DNA from: a virus
Virus record (IMG/VR): IMGVR_UViG_3300020478_000003
Coordinates: 1 to 64,000 of that record
Strand: one strand, 5' to 3'
Length of the DNA stretch: 64,000 bases
Position numbers and translations under genes: made by a program. Under the pieces are notes generated by a model. That model was given only the letters and a program-made list of their open reading frames with translations, was not told the origin of the DNA and made no database searches. This document shows positions 1 through 8,129 of this stretch, in pieces (position 1 is the first letter of the stretch; each line of letters opens with the position of its first letter).

Positions 1-300
1 AGCGGCAACCTTAGATGCTTCATCAATTTTAGTAGCAGTTTTAGTACCAGCTTCTGTTATATCTGAAGTAACTTTAGCACCTTTAGCCGCAACCTTAGAT
101 GCTTCATCTACCTTAGTTCCAACTTTGGTTCCAGCTTCTGTTACTTGAGTCCCAAGTTTTGCTACATCATCAACCTTTGCCGCCATCTTAGCGGCTTCAT
201 CTACCTTAGTTCCAACTTTTGCAACATCATCTACTTTTGATAATGGTTTAATGGCATCATCGACTTTGGATACTGCTTTTACAACTTCATCGGATTTACC
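1..300 (-). repeat. Degenerate coding repeats (KVDEASKVAA / KVDDVAK / TEAGTK)
   Basis: GCAACCTTAGATGCTTCATC occurs at about 5 and 89; CTACCTTAGTTCCAACTTT at about 108 and 201. Confidence 0.75.
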
Positions 301-1452
301 AGCAATCTTGGATCCTAATTCACCGGCTCTTGCAAGATCATCTGCTTTCGTGGACAGCCCAAGAATGTTTTTCATTCCTAACCAGCCTCCACCTAGTCCC
401 ATTAAAGGCATTAGAAATCTACCACCAAACTTCATTAGTTGCGATAGTAATCCTCCACCTTCTTTATCTTTCTTGTTCAATGAAGGTCCACCACCTAAAC
501 CCTTCATACCTTGAGCGAATTTTTTATCTCTGCGATCCTCTAAAGCCATTCTTGCGGCTTTAATCTCTCTTGCTTCTCTCCGCCTGTCCATAGCAAGTTC
601 TTCTCTTTCAATTTCGAGAAGTTCATCTATCTGTTCAGACTCTATTCCTAAAGGATCTCCATCGAGCATTGTCGCCATAGAAACGGGAGTACCTTCAGTT
701 CCTGGAGCATCTCCTGATACTTTCTCAGGGGCTTTAGTTGGTCCACCAGCTATACCTTTAAGAGATGGAGCATCTCCACCTGATTCCGCATCTTCTATTT
801 GCTCGTGCTTAATTCCTAAATACTCTTCTTCAGCCTTATTGATTTTTTCCTGAAGTTCTTTATTTGATGTTTCTAGTTCTTTCGCCTCGATTTTTTCAAT
901 AATTTGATCTTTAGTGAGTTCATTAAACTCTCCTAAATTCTTTAATTCTTCAGCAAGAGCCGATATTCTTAATTCGTTTGCTTTAGCATTAGCAATTGAC
1001 TTTTTCTTTAAGTCCCTTTCGGCTTGTCTTTTTCTTTGTACCGCTTCATTTCGTACTTGCTGTGCCGCATACTGTTCAGCCGATATTCCAGACATAGCGG
1101 AAGCCATACTTTGTTTTCGTACTTTATCCCTTTGGACTTTTGCTTTGGCTTCCTCTACTCCACGGGCATCGGCTATTTCCTTTTCTTCTTCAGTCAGAGC
1201 ATTATAACCGCTTACTCTATCCCTTATAGCTTGAATATAACTACCATTCTCACGCATCCAATCTCTATGCGTTGCCATTTCTTCGGCAAGCAGTATTTTT
1301 GATTGTTCTTTTTCTTCCGCCCTTTGTCGTTTTCTTTGTTGTTTTAAGGCTTTGGATTCCCCGGACAGCATCTTATTCATCTTTTCGATACCACCTCCAA
1401 TGACGGCTTTCGCCCCCATTACTTTAGCCCAGGTTTCCATTGTTGAAGCCAT
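1..1452 (-). CDS. Tape-measure/baseplate-hub-like protein (gp29-like position), C-terminus runs off the window
   Basis: ATG at 1452-1450 with an AGGAG RBS; begins MASTMETWAKVMGAKAVIGGGIEK. Lys/Glu/Ala-rich helical sequence with KVDEASKVAA-type repeats at 1-300. Lies directly downstream of gp26/gp51. Absent from the ORF track because it has no stop within the window. Confidence 0.55.
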   Translation of the reverse strand, partial: MASTMETWAKVMGAKAVIGGGIEKMNKMLSGESKALKQQRKRQRAEEKEQSKILLAEEMATHRDWMRENGSYIQAIRDRVSGYNALTEEEKEIADARGVEEAKAKVQRDKVRKQSMASAMSGISAEQYAAQQVRNEAVQRKRQAERDLKKKSIANAKANELRISALAEELKNLGEFNELTKDQIIEKIEAKELETSNKELQEKINKAEEEYLGIKHEQIEDAESGGDAPSLKGIAGGPTKAPEKVSGDAPGTEGTPVSMATMLDGDPLGIESEQIDELLEIEREELAMDRRREAREIKAARMALEDRRDKKFAQGMKGLGGGPSLNKKDKEGGGLLSQLMKFGGRFLMPLMGLGGGWLGMKNILGLSTKADDLARAGELGSKIAGKSDEVVKAVSKVDDAIKPLSKVDDVAKVGTKVDEAAKMAAKVDDVAKLGTQVTEAGTKVGTKVDEASKVAAKGAKVTSDITEAGTKTATKIDEASKVAA

Positions 1453-1622
1453 TAAGGTCTCCTATTTCTCATTTGTTCGTGTCGTTCTTTTTCTTGTTGT
1501 AAATGTTCCGCTAAAAGTGAAACATAAATTTCTCTTTCATACGGAATCATATGCTCTAAATCATATAAACTATAGTTGTGGTGTTGCATAAGCTGGAAGT
1601 TGGTCTTGTAATGATTGACCAA
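1452..1622 (-). CDS. gp51: gp51-like baseplate hub assembly catalyst (possibly made as a -1 frameshift extension of gp26)
   Basis: Hand translation: LVNHYKTNFQLMQHHNYSLYDLEHMIPYEREIYVSLLAEHLQQEKER. This fits the marine T4-like gp51 pattern (NFxLMQHHxYSLxxLExMxPxERxIY). Its stop overlaps the next ATG (TAATG). The start codon is uncertain. Confidence 0.75.
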   Translation of the reverse strand: MVNHYKTNFQLMQHHNYSLYDLEHMIPYEREIYVSLLAEHLQQEKERHEQMRNRRP

Positions 1623-1633
1623 CGTATCGTAGC

Positions 1634-2386
1634 TTATGCAAAGCCGAAAAAATCCTCCAGCCCCTCCAATGTGACTGGCTCTTTATGACCACACTTTGAA
1701 CACTTATAATCAATTACGTGTCTCAAACGTGGCTGATTTGCGAAAAAATCTTTAATTGCATCAAATGCTGGTTCGTGCATATGCTCTACAAATTGACTCA
1801 TTTCAGCTTTTGATGTTTCAGCTCCTTTATAAACATTCTCTGCATCAAATACATAATCTATTGAATCCACAATAACTTTAAACATTTTTTCAATAGAGTC
1901 GTTTTCATTATCGTGGACTTTCATCTCAGAAGTAGACAAATATTTTAACTGGATACCTATTGCATCCGTTAACATTACCTTAGAATAATCTTTGTCCGGA
2001 AAATCGATTTTGATTTCATCGATTTTAATAGAATACTTGTCTATATTTCCACAGGGTACTCCATCCTTTTCTTGATTACAGGTAAATGATGGCTCAATTA
2101 CTTCTCCTCTGCTTTTTGCTCTAATATTTAAGAACAAAAAATCCACATCAAACTGAGGTAATTTCTCTGTATCGAGTTTTCCATCTGTGCAGTTGTCGAT
2201 GATTCTTATAATTACATCCCTTACTGCATTTTGAAACTCAACTCCTTTTAATGTTTTCGCTCCTTCCATTGCTGTAAGAAGAATCTTTTCTTCTTTCACC
2301 AGAAATGGGCGATAAGTTACAGTTACTTTCTTGTCCGATGGCAAGGTCAACTTGTACATCGGAGTTTCTAACTTCGGTAATGCCAT
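1634..2386 (-). CDS. gp26: Baseplate hub assembly chaperone gp26
   Basis: MALPKL..P.Y.L.LPS...V.YRPFLVKEEKILL, FL.IRAKS.GE and a C-terminal CxxCG..LEGLEDFF, all typical of T4-like gp26. Confidence 0.9.
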   Translation of the reverse strand: MALPKLETPMYKLTLPSDKKVTVTYRPFLVKEEKILLTAMEGAKTLKGVEFQNAVRDVIIRIIDNCTDGKLDTEKLPQFDVDFLFLNIRAKSRGEVIEPSFTCNQEKDGVPCGNIDKYSIKIDEIKIDFPDKDYSKVMLTDAIGIQLKYLSTSEMKVHDNENDSIEKMFKVIVDSIDYVFDAENVYKGAETSKAEMSQFVEHMHEPAFDAIKDFFANQPRLRHVIDYKCSKCGHKEPVTLEGLEDFFGFA

Positions 2387-2420
2387 AATATTATCTCCTA
2401 TATTCGCATTATATAATCAA

Positions 2421-3146
2421 TTATGTTGGTCCTCTTCTGTCTGATAAAAAATGACCTTCATTAAATTTTCCGCCAGTAGCGGTAGTATCTGAATCAGCCC
2501 ACCATCCGTGTCCTGGATCAGTATGATTCCAATCTCTAAATACCCAAGTTACAGTAAAAGTAGCAATCTCTCCTTCTGAACCCCACATATATTCTACTGG
2601 TCCTAATGCTGATGGATATGCTTCTATTAATGCAATATTAGCAATTGCTCCACCTTGTCTATCGAGAGGTATAATTCTTATTTCTGAAGCAATATAATCT
2701 TGATAATAACTTAATGTGTATACCTGTCTATGAGAAGGTTTGGGACTATTTTTAGACACTCCAGTTCCGTGTTTTACTTGTCCCATAATAGCGGCTATCC
2801 ATCCATCAAAAAATCTATGTTCGGCATAGTCTTCACCAATCATAAATGTCATCGTTACAGTATCAATAATTAAATCGTTTGCTACTTTAAAGATGGGACC
2901 GAAACGTTTAACATCGATTGTACCTAGATTTTTGCCTGGAACAGATACTTGTTTTGCTTTATACGAAAGAAATTTGGTTCCGCCTTTTTCTTTTTCTACT
3001 CCAGTATAAAATTCTCCTAAGTATCCACCGCCACCAGACATACCCATATCTTTATGTCCTTTGGGCATATAAATTTCGATAGAATATAAATTATTTCTAG
3101 CGAAATCTTCTTTAGTTATTACTTCATTAAAATCCGATACTTGCAC
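2421..3146 (-). CDS. gp54: Tail-tube-fold baseplate protein (gp54-like tail tube initiator)
   Basis: FARNNLY, V.VPGK, FFDGW, AYP..LGPVEY.W and TFTVTW.FRDW are gp19/gp54 family motifs. The true gp19 is at 57852. Confidence 0.7.
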   Translation of the reverse strand: MQVSDFNEVITKEDFARNNLYSIEIYMPKGHKDMGMSGGGGYLGEFYTGVEKEKGGTKFLSYKAKQVSVPGKNLGTIDVKRFGPIFKVANDLIIDTVTMTFMIGEDYAEHRFFDGWIAAIMGQVKHGTGVSKNSPKPSHRQVYTLSYYQDYIASEIRIIPLDRQGGAIANIALIEAYPSALGPVEYMWGSEGEIATFTVTWVFRDWNHTDPGHGWWADSDTTATGGKFNEGHFLSDRRGPT

Positions 3147-3817
3147 TATTTACTCCAAACTGATTTAGCTGAGGCACCCACAAATCTTTGATAAGGTAGA
3201 AATATAGCATTCTCCCATTCATTAGGCGGTGCTTCTAATAGACTTGTTCTTACGTGTCCATATAGGTATTTATGTATCATCTTATCGGAGTTTTTGATGT
3301 TCTTTACCGATCTCCAAGTCATATTAAAACGTGCTTTGTCAGTCATATCTTCTACCTCTCCCTTTTGGGAAGCAAATTTCATTATCTTGTTCATAAATTT
3401 CATTCTTTCGATAGGATGTAAGTAATGAAAGTTCAGTCCCATAAAGCCGTCTTTATACGCATCTAGAACAATAATAAGAGGAAATTTATCCCAATATGGT
3501 AGAATCGCTTTCAGTTTGGCATCATATCCAAACGTGTACATCTTTCCAGGTCTTAACTGGGCTTTCTTCTTAAATCCTTTAGCAGATTCTCCAACTTTTT
3601 GTTTAAACCACGCTACCGACTTTTTTGTTTGTCTAGCTTTAGAAATTCTCTTCGGAGACAATTGGGCTTTTGTTAATTCGGCTCCAATTGCTCTTCTAGC
3701 CATTTGACCGACTTTATTCGTTCTGGTTACTTTGCCCCATTGACTGCCTATCCAACGATATTTGTTTCCGTCGGAAGCGACTCTTTCAGTTCCTTTTGCG
3801 ATGTCTACTACAGCCAT
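3146..3817 (-). CDS. gp2: DNA end protector protein gp2
   Basis: PGKMYTFGYDAK..LPYWDKFPLI...GLNFHYL and W..AIFLP.QRF motifs. Confidence 0.9.
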   Translation of the reverse strand: MAVVDIAKGTERVASDGNKYRWIGSQWGKVTRTNKVGQMARRAIGAELTKAQLSPKRISKARQTKKSVAWFKQKVGESAKGFKKKAQLRPGKMYTFGYDAKLKAILPYWDKFPLIIVLDAYKDGFMGLNFHYLHPIERMKFMNKIMKFASQKGEVEDMTDKARFNMTWRSVKNIKNSDKMIHKYLYGHVRTSLLEAPPNEWENAIFLPYQRFVGASAKSVWSK

Positions 3818-3818
3818 A

Positions 3819-4268
3819 TTACTTTACCAAATGATCCTCTGTTAGTATTTTAAATGTCCATTTTCTATCCGCACAAAATTCCTCGGCTGCTTTCCATTTT
3901 GCTTCATTTATTTTCCAAGTTTTTATAGCATTTAAATATCGAAACTTGCTCTTAGGATTCTTAGTTCTTGGTTTTTTGGGAGGACCGCATTGTTCTTTAG
4001 GCTTAACCTCAATAAGCAAATGTCGTAAATTTCCGTCTGCACCTTTCTGTTCAATCCAAAAATCAGGAAAGTATCTATGCACTTTGCCATCCACAGGACT
4101 CACATAAGGTAATACTATTTCCTCACTACTCCATCGTACAATATTCTTTTGTGTAATATCGCAATATACCATAAATCTACGTTCCCAGGCGGATCGATAT
4201 TGCACGTTATCCACTGCCCCAACATACTTATCACGATTTTTTACTTTATATTTTCCCTTATATGCCAT
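3819..4268 (-). CDS. gp4: Head completion nuclease gp4 (TnsA-like PD-(D/E)XK)
   Basis: MAYKGKY, YRS.WERRFM.YCD, WSSEE, HRYFPDF, IEVKP and NEAKW.AA motifs. Confidence 0.93.
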   Translation of the reverse strand: MAYKGKYKVKNRDKYVGAVDNVQYRSAWERRFMVYCDITQKNIVRWSSEEIVLPYVSPVDGKVHRYFPDFWIEQKGADGNLRHLLIEVKPKEQCGPPKKPRTKNPKSKFRYLNAIKTWKINEAKWKAAEEFCADRKWTFKILTEDHLVK

Positions 4269-4274
4269 CTCAGT

Positions 4275-4288
4275 TATTTATATAAATA
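4275..4288. promoter_or_regulatory. Overlapping divergent T4-type late promoters (TATAAATA on both strands)
   Basis: The palindrome TATTTATATAAATA gives a + strand TATAAATA at 4281-4288 (toward gp48) and a - strand copy at 4275-4282 (toward gp4). Confidence 0.8.
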
Positions 4289-4327
4289 GTTCAAATACTA
4301 CTTATTTAGCACGATTGAGGTACAACA

Positions 4328-5404
4328 ATGGCAGATGTTTATAAAGGACAAAAACGACCTAATATAGGTTCACACGGGTCCGCAGTACAAGTTGCAGATA
4401 TTCAGAGCGGATTAGCTGAACCAGCCCATCCAGTCTCTACATTTGCTCCTGATCCTTCTGATATTCCACCAGGAGATGGTGTTCGGATATTCAAATTCCC
4501 TTTAGAGGATGTATCCGCAGGGAATTTTTGGACAAGACTCATAATTAATTCTTGGGTTCCAGTCACTCGGAACAAAGAAGTCGTAACTGGACAAAACCAC
4601 TCATTGGATAAAGACACAATAGCGAATATCTGGCTTCCTATGCCTCTAACTCTTTCTACTTTATATCAGCAAAAATATACAGAAACCGAAAATATGATGG
4701 TCAATAGAGGTACTAAAGACTCTACTGGTATGGGAGGTTTACAAGGATACGCCGCAACTTTCTGGGATCAAGCTAAATCCGCAGTATCTGGAACCGCTCA
4801 AGAATTAGCAGGTTTCACTTCAGATATAGCGAATGTGAATGCTTCTGGTAAAATGGCAATGGGTTCAATCGCAAATCAGCAAATGGGGTTAGTATACGAT
4901 GGAGCATCTTTAAGACCACATACACTTTCTTGGAGAATGACTCCTAAAGACAGAGAAGAGCAAAATGCTATAGAAACAGTTTGTTTTGCTCTCAAAAAAT
5001 TCTCTTCTCCTGTAGTAAAGGGTGCTCTTGCTGGTGATTCTAATTTTGCAAATTCGGCAAAGGCTCACCAGAAAGCAGTAAAGGATGTAGAAAAAGAAAG
5101 TAAAAAAGGGAAAAAGGATATTGCGCCAGCCGCATTGAAAGATGTACAAGATTCATTGAGAAGTATTGGTCGTCTAGGTATACCTGTAACCGTCAATGTA
5201 GAATTCTGGTTTGGGAAAGAACGAAACCCACATCTATTTCAAATTAAAGATTCATTTATTCAATCAGTAGAGGTAAATTATACGCCTACAGGAACGTGGA
5301 ATGCTTATGAAGATGGTGCTCCAATTGAAACTCAGCTAACAGTACAATTGAAAGAAAATGCAATCATTACACAAGAGGATATTGAGTTTGGAGGAGGATA
5401 TTAA
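4328..5404 (+). CDS. gp48: Baseplate tail-tube cap gp48
   Basis: IWLPMP, R.H..SW.MTPK..EE...I..I and I.SVEVNYTP.G...DGAP....L..KE motifs; sits before gp53. Confidence 0.8.
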   Translation: MADVYKGQKRPNIGSHGSAVQVADIQSGLAEPAHPVSTFAPDPSDIPPGDGVRIFKFPLEDVSAGNFWTRLIINSWVPVTRNKEVVTGQNHSLDKDTIANIWLPMPLTLSTLYQQKYTETENMMVNRGTKDSTGMGGLQGYAATFWDQAKSAVSGTAQELAGFTSDIANVNASGKMAMGSIANQQMGLVYDGASLRPHTLSWRMTPKDREEQNAIETVCFALKKFSSPVVKGALAGDSNFANSAKAHQKAVKDVEKESKKGKKDIAPAALKDVQDSLRSIGRLGIPVTVNVEFWFGKERNPHLFQIKDSFIQSVEVNYTPTGTWNAYEDGAPIETQLTVQLKENAIITQEDIEFGGGY

Positions 5405-5907
5405 TGGCTAAGTACACAAAAATACTTCCTCAACTTACCTACAATGGTGTGAGTATATGTGATATTACTCATAGATTGGATATGCTTAAAACAGTAATGA
5501 ATTATGAAACAATGTATTATTCTGTAAATATTTTAGAGACTGATACTCCTGAAAAAATAGCAGAAAAATATTATGGAAATCAAGATTATTGGTGGATTGT
5601 ATGTGCAATCAACAAAGTCGTTGATCCATTTTATGATTGGGTAATGAGAGAAACAGAAGTCGAAGCATATGCTGAAATCCTTTATGATGATATAAATGCA
5701 ATTCATCATTACGAAGATGCTAATTATGTTCAATATGATGAACAAAATGGAGAAGGAACTTTAGTGCCAGTTACTAACTTAGAATGGGAAATATATGTAA
5801 ATGATAAGAAAAGACAAATAATGTTATTAAAACCAACGCATATTCCCAAAATAGCAGATGAATTTGCAAAATGGATGAAAGATACTAAACAACAATTTCA
5901 GGAATAA
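5404..5907 (+). CDS. gp53: Baseplate wedge subunit gp53
   Basis: DTPEKIAEKYYG..YWWIV..IN...DP.YDW, IHHYE and N..KR.I.LLKP motifs. Confidence 0.9.
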   Translation: MAKYTKILPQLTYNGVSICDITHRLDMLKTVMNYETMYYSVNILETDTPEKIAEKYYGNQDYWWIVCAINKVVDPFYDWVMRETEVEAYAEILYDDINAIHHYEDANYVQYDEQNGEGTLVPVTNLEWEIYVNDKKRQIMLLKPTHIPKIADEFAKWMKDTKQQFQE

Positions 5908-5913
5908 TATATT

Positions 5914-7209
5914 ATGGCTGAGCAAAGTCTTGAAACTCTAGATCCAAAAACTATTTCTGATTGGAATTGTGAGTTTACGAATTATAAAGGAGATAGTGAA
6001 GAATTAAGTGGAATTATTAAGCAGATGAGTATATACGAGTCTATCTACAATAATTGTATGTTTGGAAGTATACTGATTGATGATGGAACTGGTATGATTG
6101 AGGCTAATGGTATAGTCGGTTCTGGATTAGAACAATTTCATTTTGAAATAGTTACACCGAATTCGTCTTCTGCAAAAACTTCTAATCTTGAAAAAGAGTT
6201 TAAGATAGATTCTGTATCTGCTGGAATAAAAACCAAAACACATACTGAATATAATATAGGAATATCATCTCCGTATCTTTTCGTTAATAATCAGAAAAAA
6301 ATAAGTCGATCATTTATGAAAATGACGGCTTCTGAAATAGCAGAATATGTGGGTACAAGTGTTTTAGAATTTGGTTCATATCTATGGACTGATTTTGTGG
6401 TCTCTCCTTCCCTTCACGAAAAACAGATTGTTGTGCCAAATTGGAATCCATTTCAGTTGTTGAATTTCTTGGCTAAAAATTCCGTATCTGCTAAGGGAGA
6501 ATCTAATTATTTGTTCTTTGAAAACAATGATGGCTTTAAGTTTATGACTGTAGACGAATTAAAAGGTGGAGATATAATGCGAGCCTTTACATTGAAGAGT
6601 CAGCCTGTTCAAATAGCTGAAGATGCTCGAGGCTTCACGGTTGATAACTCAATGATGGAGAATTATTCAGAGCAAAGTAGATTTAATATATCTGGAGGGC
6701 AAGTGAGTGGTCAATATGGTGCATCCATATTGACTCATAATATTCTTGAGAAATCATTAGAATCATATGAGGTAGAATATGACGGAGAGAAAGATGTCGT
6801 ATTAGCAGAAGGTATTGGTCTCAATGGACCAAAAGATGCTCCATATGCAGACTTTAATGTGAGACAACACGAAGGCTTTATGAGTGCTAATTATCTTTAT
6901 GGTATCCACGATAAAGGAGAGAAGAGCCATTATCCGCATTATGATATGAAGAAGACCGAAATGAGAACAAATACCATCAAATTTGATGTTCCTGGTGACA
7001 CAAATTGTTGGGCTGGTGATGTTGTAATATTAAGAATACCGACAAATATTCACGTTCACGATTTACCTGAGGATCAATATTTGACGGGAAAATGGTTAGT
7101 CACGGCTATACATCATAAAATTAATAATAAGGAATATGTAATGACATTAGAATGTATGAAAGATGGATTCTTCGGAGATCCAGATATGGTAATAGAAGAG
7201 AGAGGATAG
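5914..7209 (+). CDS. Baseplate central hub protein (gp27-like)
   Basis: IYESI....FG.I.I.D, IS.SF, P.W.PF..L..LA, YLFFE...GF.F, VPGD...AGDV and GKWLVTAIHH; lies between gp53 and gp5. Confidence 0.7.
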   Translation: MAEQSLETLDPKTISDWNCEFTNYKGDSEELSGIIKQMSIYESIYNNCMFGSILIDDGTGMIEANGIVGSGLEQFHFEIVTPNSSSAKTSNLEKEFKIDSVSAGIKTKTHTEYNIGISSPYLFVNNQKKISRSFMKMTASEIAEYVGTSVLEFGSYLWTDFVVSPSLHEKQIVVPNWNPFQLLNFLAKNSVSAKGESNYLFFENNDGFKFMTVDELKGGDIMRAFTLKSQPVQIAEDARGFTVDNSMMENYSEQSRFNISGGQVSGQYGASILTHNILEKSLESYEVEYDGEKDVVLAEGIGLNGPKDAPYADFNVRQHEGFMSANYLYGIHDKGEKSHYPHYDMKKTEMRTNTIKFDVPGDTNCWAGDVVILRIPTNIHVHDLPEDQYLTGKWLVTAIHHKINNKEYVMTLECMKDGFFGDPDMVIEERG

Positions 7210-7212
7210 ATT

Positions 7213-8115
7213 ATGCAATTTATGGGATTTGATGGATTTGTTTGGTTTATGGGCGTAGTAGAAGACCGACGTGATCCAATGGCTTTGGGAAGATGTAGAG
7301 TAAGAATCGCTGGTTTACATACAGAGAAGATGGAACAAGGTATTGATGAAGGTATTCCTACAGAAGATTTACCTTGGGCTCATCCGATGCAACCAATTAC
7401 TTCTGCCGCAATGAATGGAATTGGGACAACTCCTCTGGGTCCTGTAGAAGGAACTTGGGTAGTAGGATTCTTTAGAGATGGAGAGAATTGTCAAGAACCA
7501 ATAATGATGGGAACTCTTGGAGGATATCCTACAAAAGCACCAGCAAAAACTGGGTTTAATGATCCGAATGGTATTTATCCAAAAGCTACTCATTTGGGAG
7601 AACCAGATACACATAGAAGAGCAAGAAAAAACTTTACAGGTCCACCGAGTGTAGGAGGAGGTTCGTCTAAGCCTGAAGAAGGTTTACCTATGGATAATTA
7701 TAAGGCTCAATATCCATTTAATCACGTAAGAGCAAGCGAAAGTGGACACGTAGAAGAATGGGATGATACTCCAGGTAGTGAAAGACTTATGAGATATCAC
7801 AAAGCAGGTACGTGGGAAGAAATTGGACCCGATGGGACACGCACCGTGAACGTACAGATGGACAATTATACTATTGTCGCGGCTAACGATGATCTTACCG
7901 TAACTGGAGATGCTAACATTAAAGTTGATGGAAAATTGACCATTGAAACTGGTGGAGATTTGGAGATGAAAGTTGGTGGTGAATGGAAGATGGAGGTAAC
8001 AGGAGATTGGAAACCTGACATAATGGGAGATTGTACAATCACTTCTGTTGGTAATTTAACAACGGAATCAGGTAAAATAAACTGGGTCAAAGGCGCAGGA
8101 TTAAAATTAAACTAG
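7213..8115 (+). CDS. gp5: Baseplate central spike gp5 (OB-fold plus beta-helix, no lysozyme domain)
   Basis: WFMGVVEDR.DP..LGR.RVR, LPWA.P, GTWV.GFF.DG..Q.P, YPFN.V..SESGH..E.DDTPG.ER, then beta-helix repeats. Confidence 0.93.
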   Translation: MQFMGFDGFVWFMGVVEDRRDPMALGRCRVRIAGLHTEKMEQGIDEGIPTEDLPWAHPMQPITSAAMNGIGTTPLGPVEGTWVVGFFRDGENCQEPIMMGTLGGYPTKAPAKTGFNDPNGIYPKATHLGEPDTHRRARKNFTGPPSVGGGSSKPEEGLPMDNYKAQYPFNHVRASESGHVEEWDDTPGSERLMRYHKAGTWEEIGPDGTRTVNVQMDNYTIVAANDDLTVTGDANIKVDGKLTIETGGDLEMKVGGEWKMEVTGDWKPDIMGDCTITSVGNLTTESGKINWVKGAGLKLN

Positions 8116-8129
8116 TAGGAACGAAATAA

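Noticed and set aside
251-1591. Several short + strand ORFs
   Set aside because: They are antisense shadows of the long minus-strand gene and gp51.
3819-4268. TnsA-like nuclease as evidence of a transposon
   Set aside because: It is the conserved T4 gp4 head-completion protein in its usual gp2-gp4/gp48-gp53 context.
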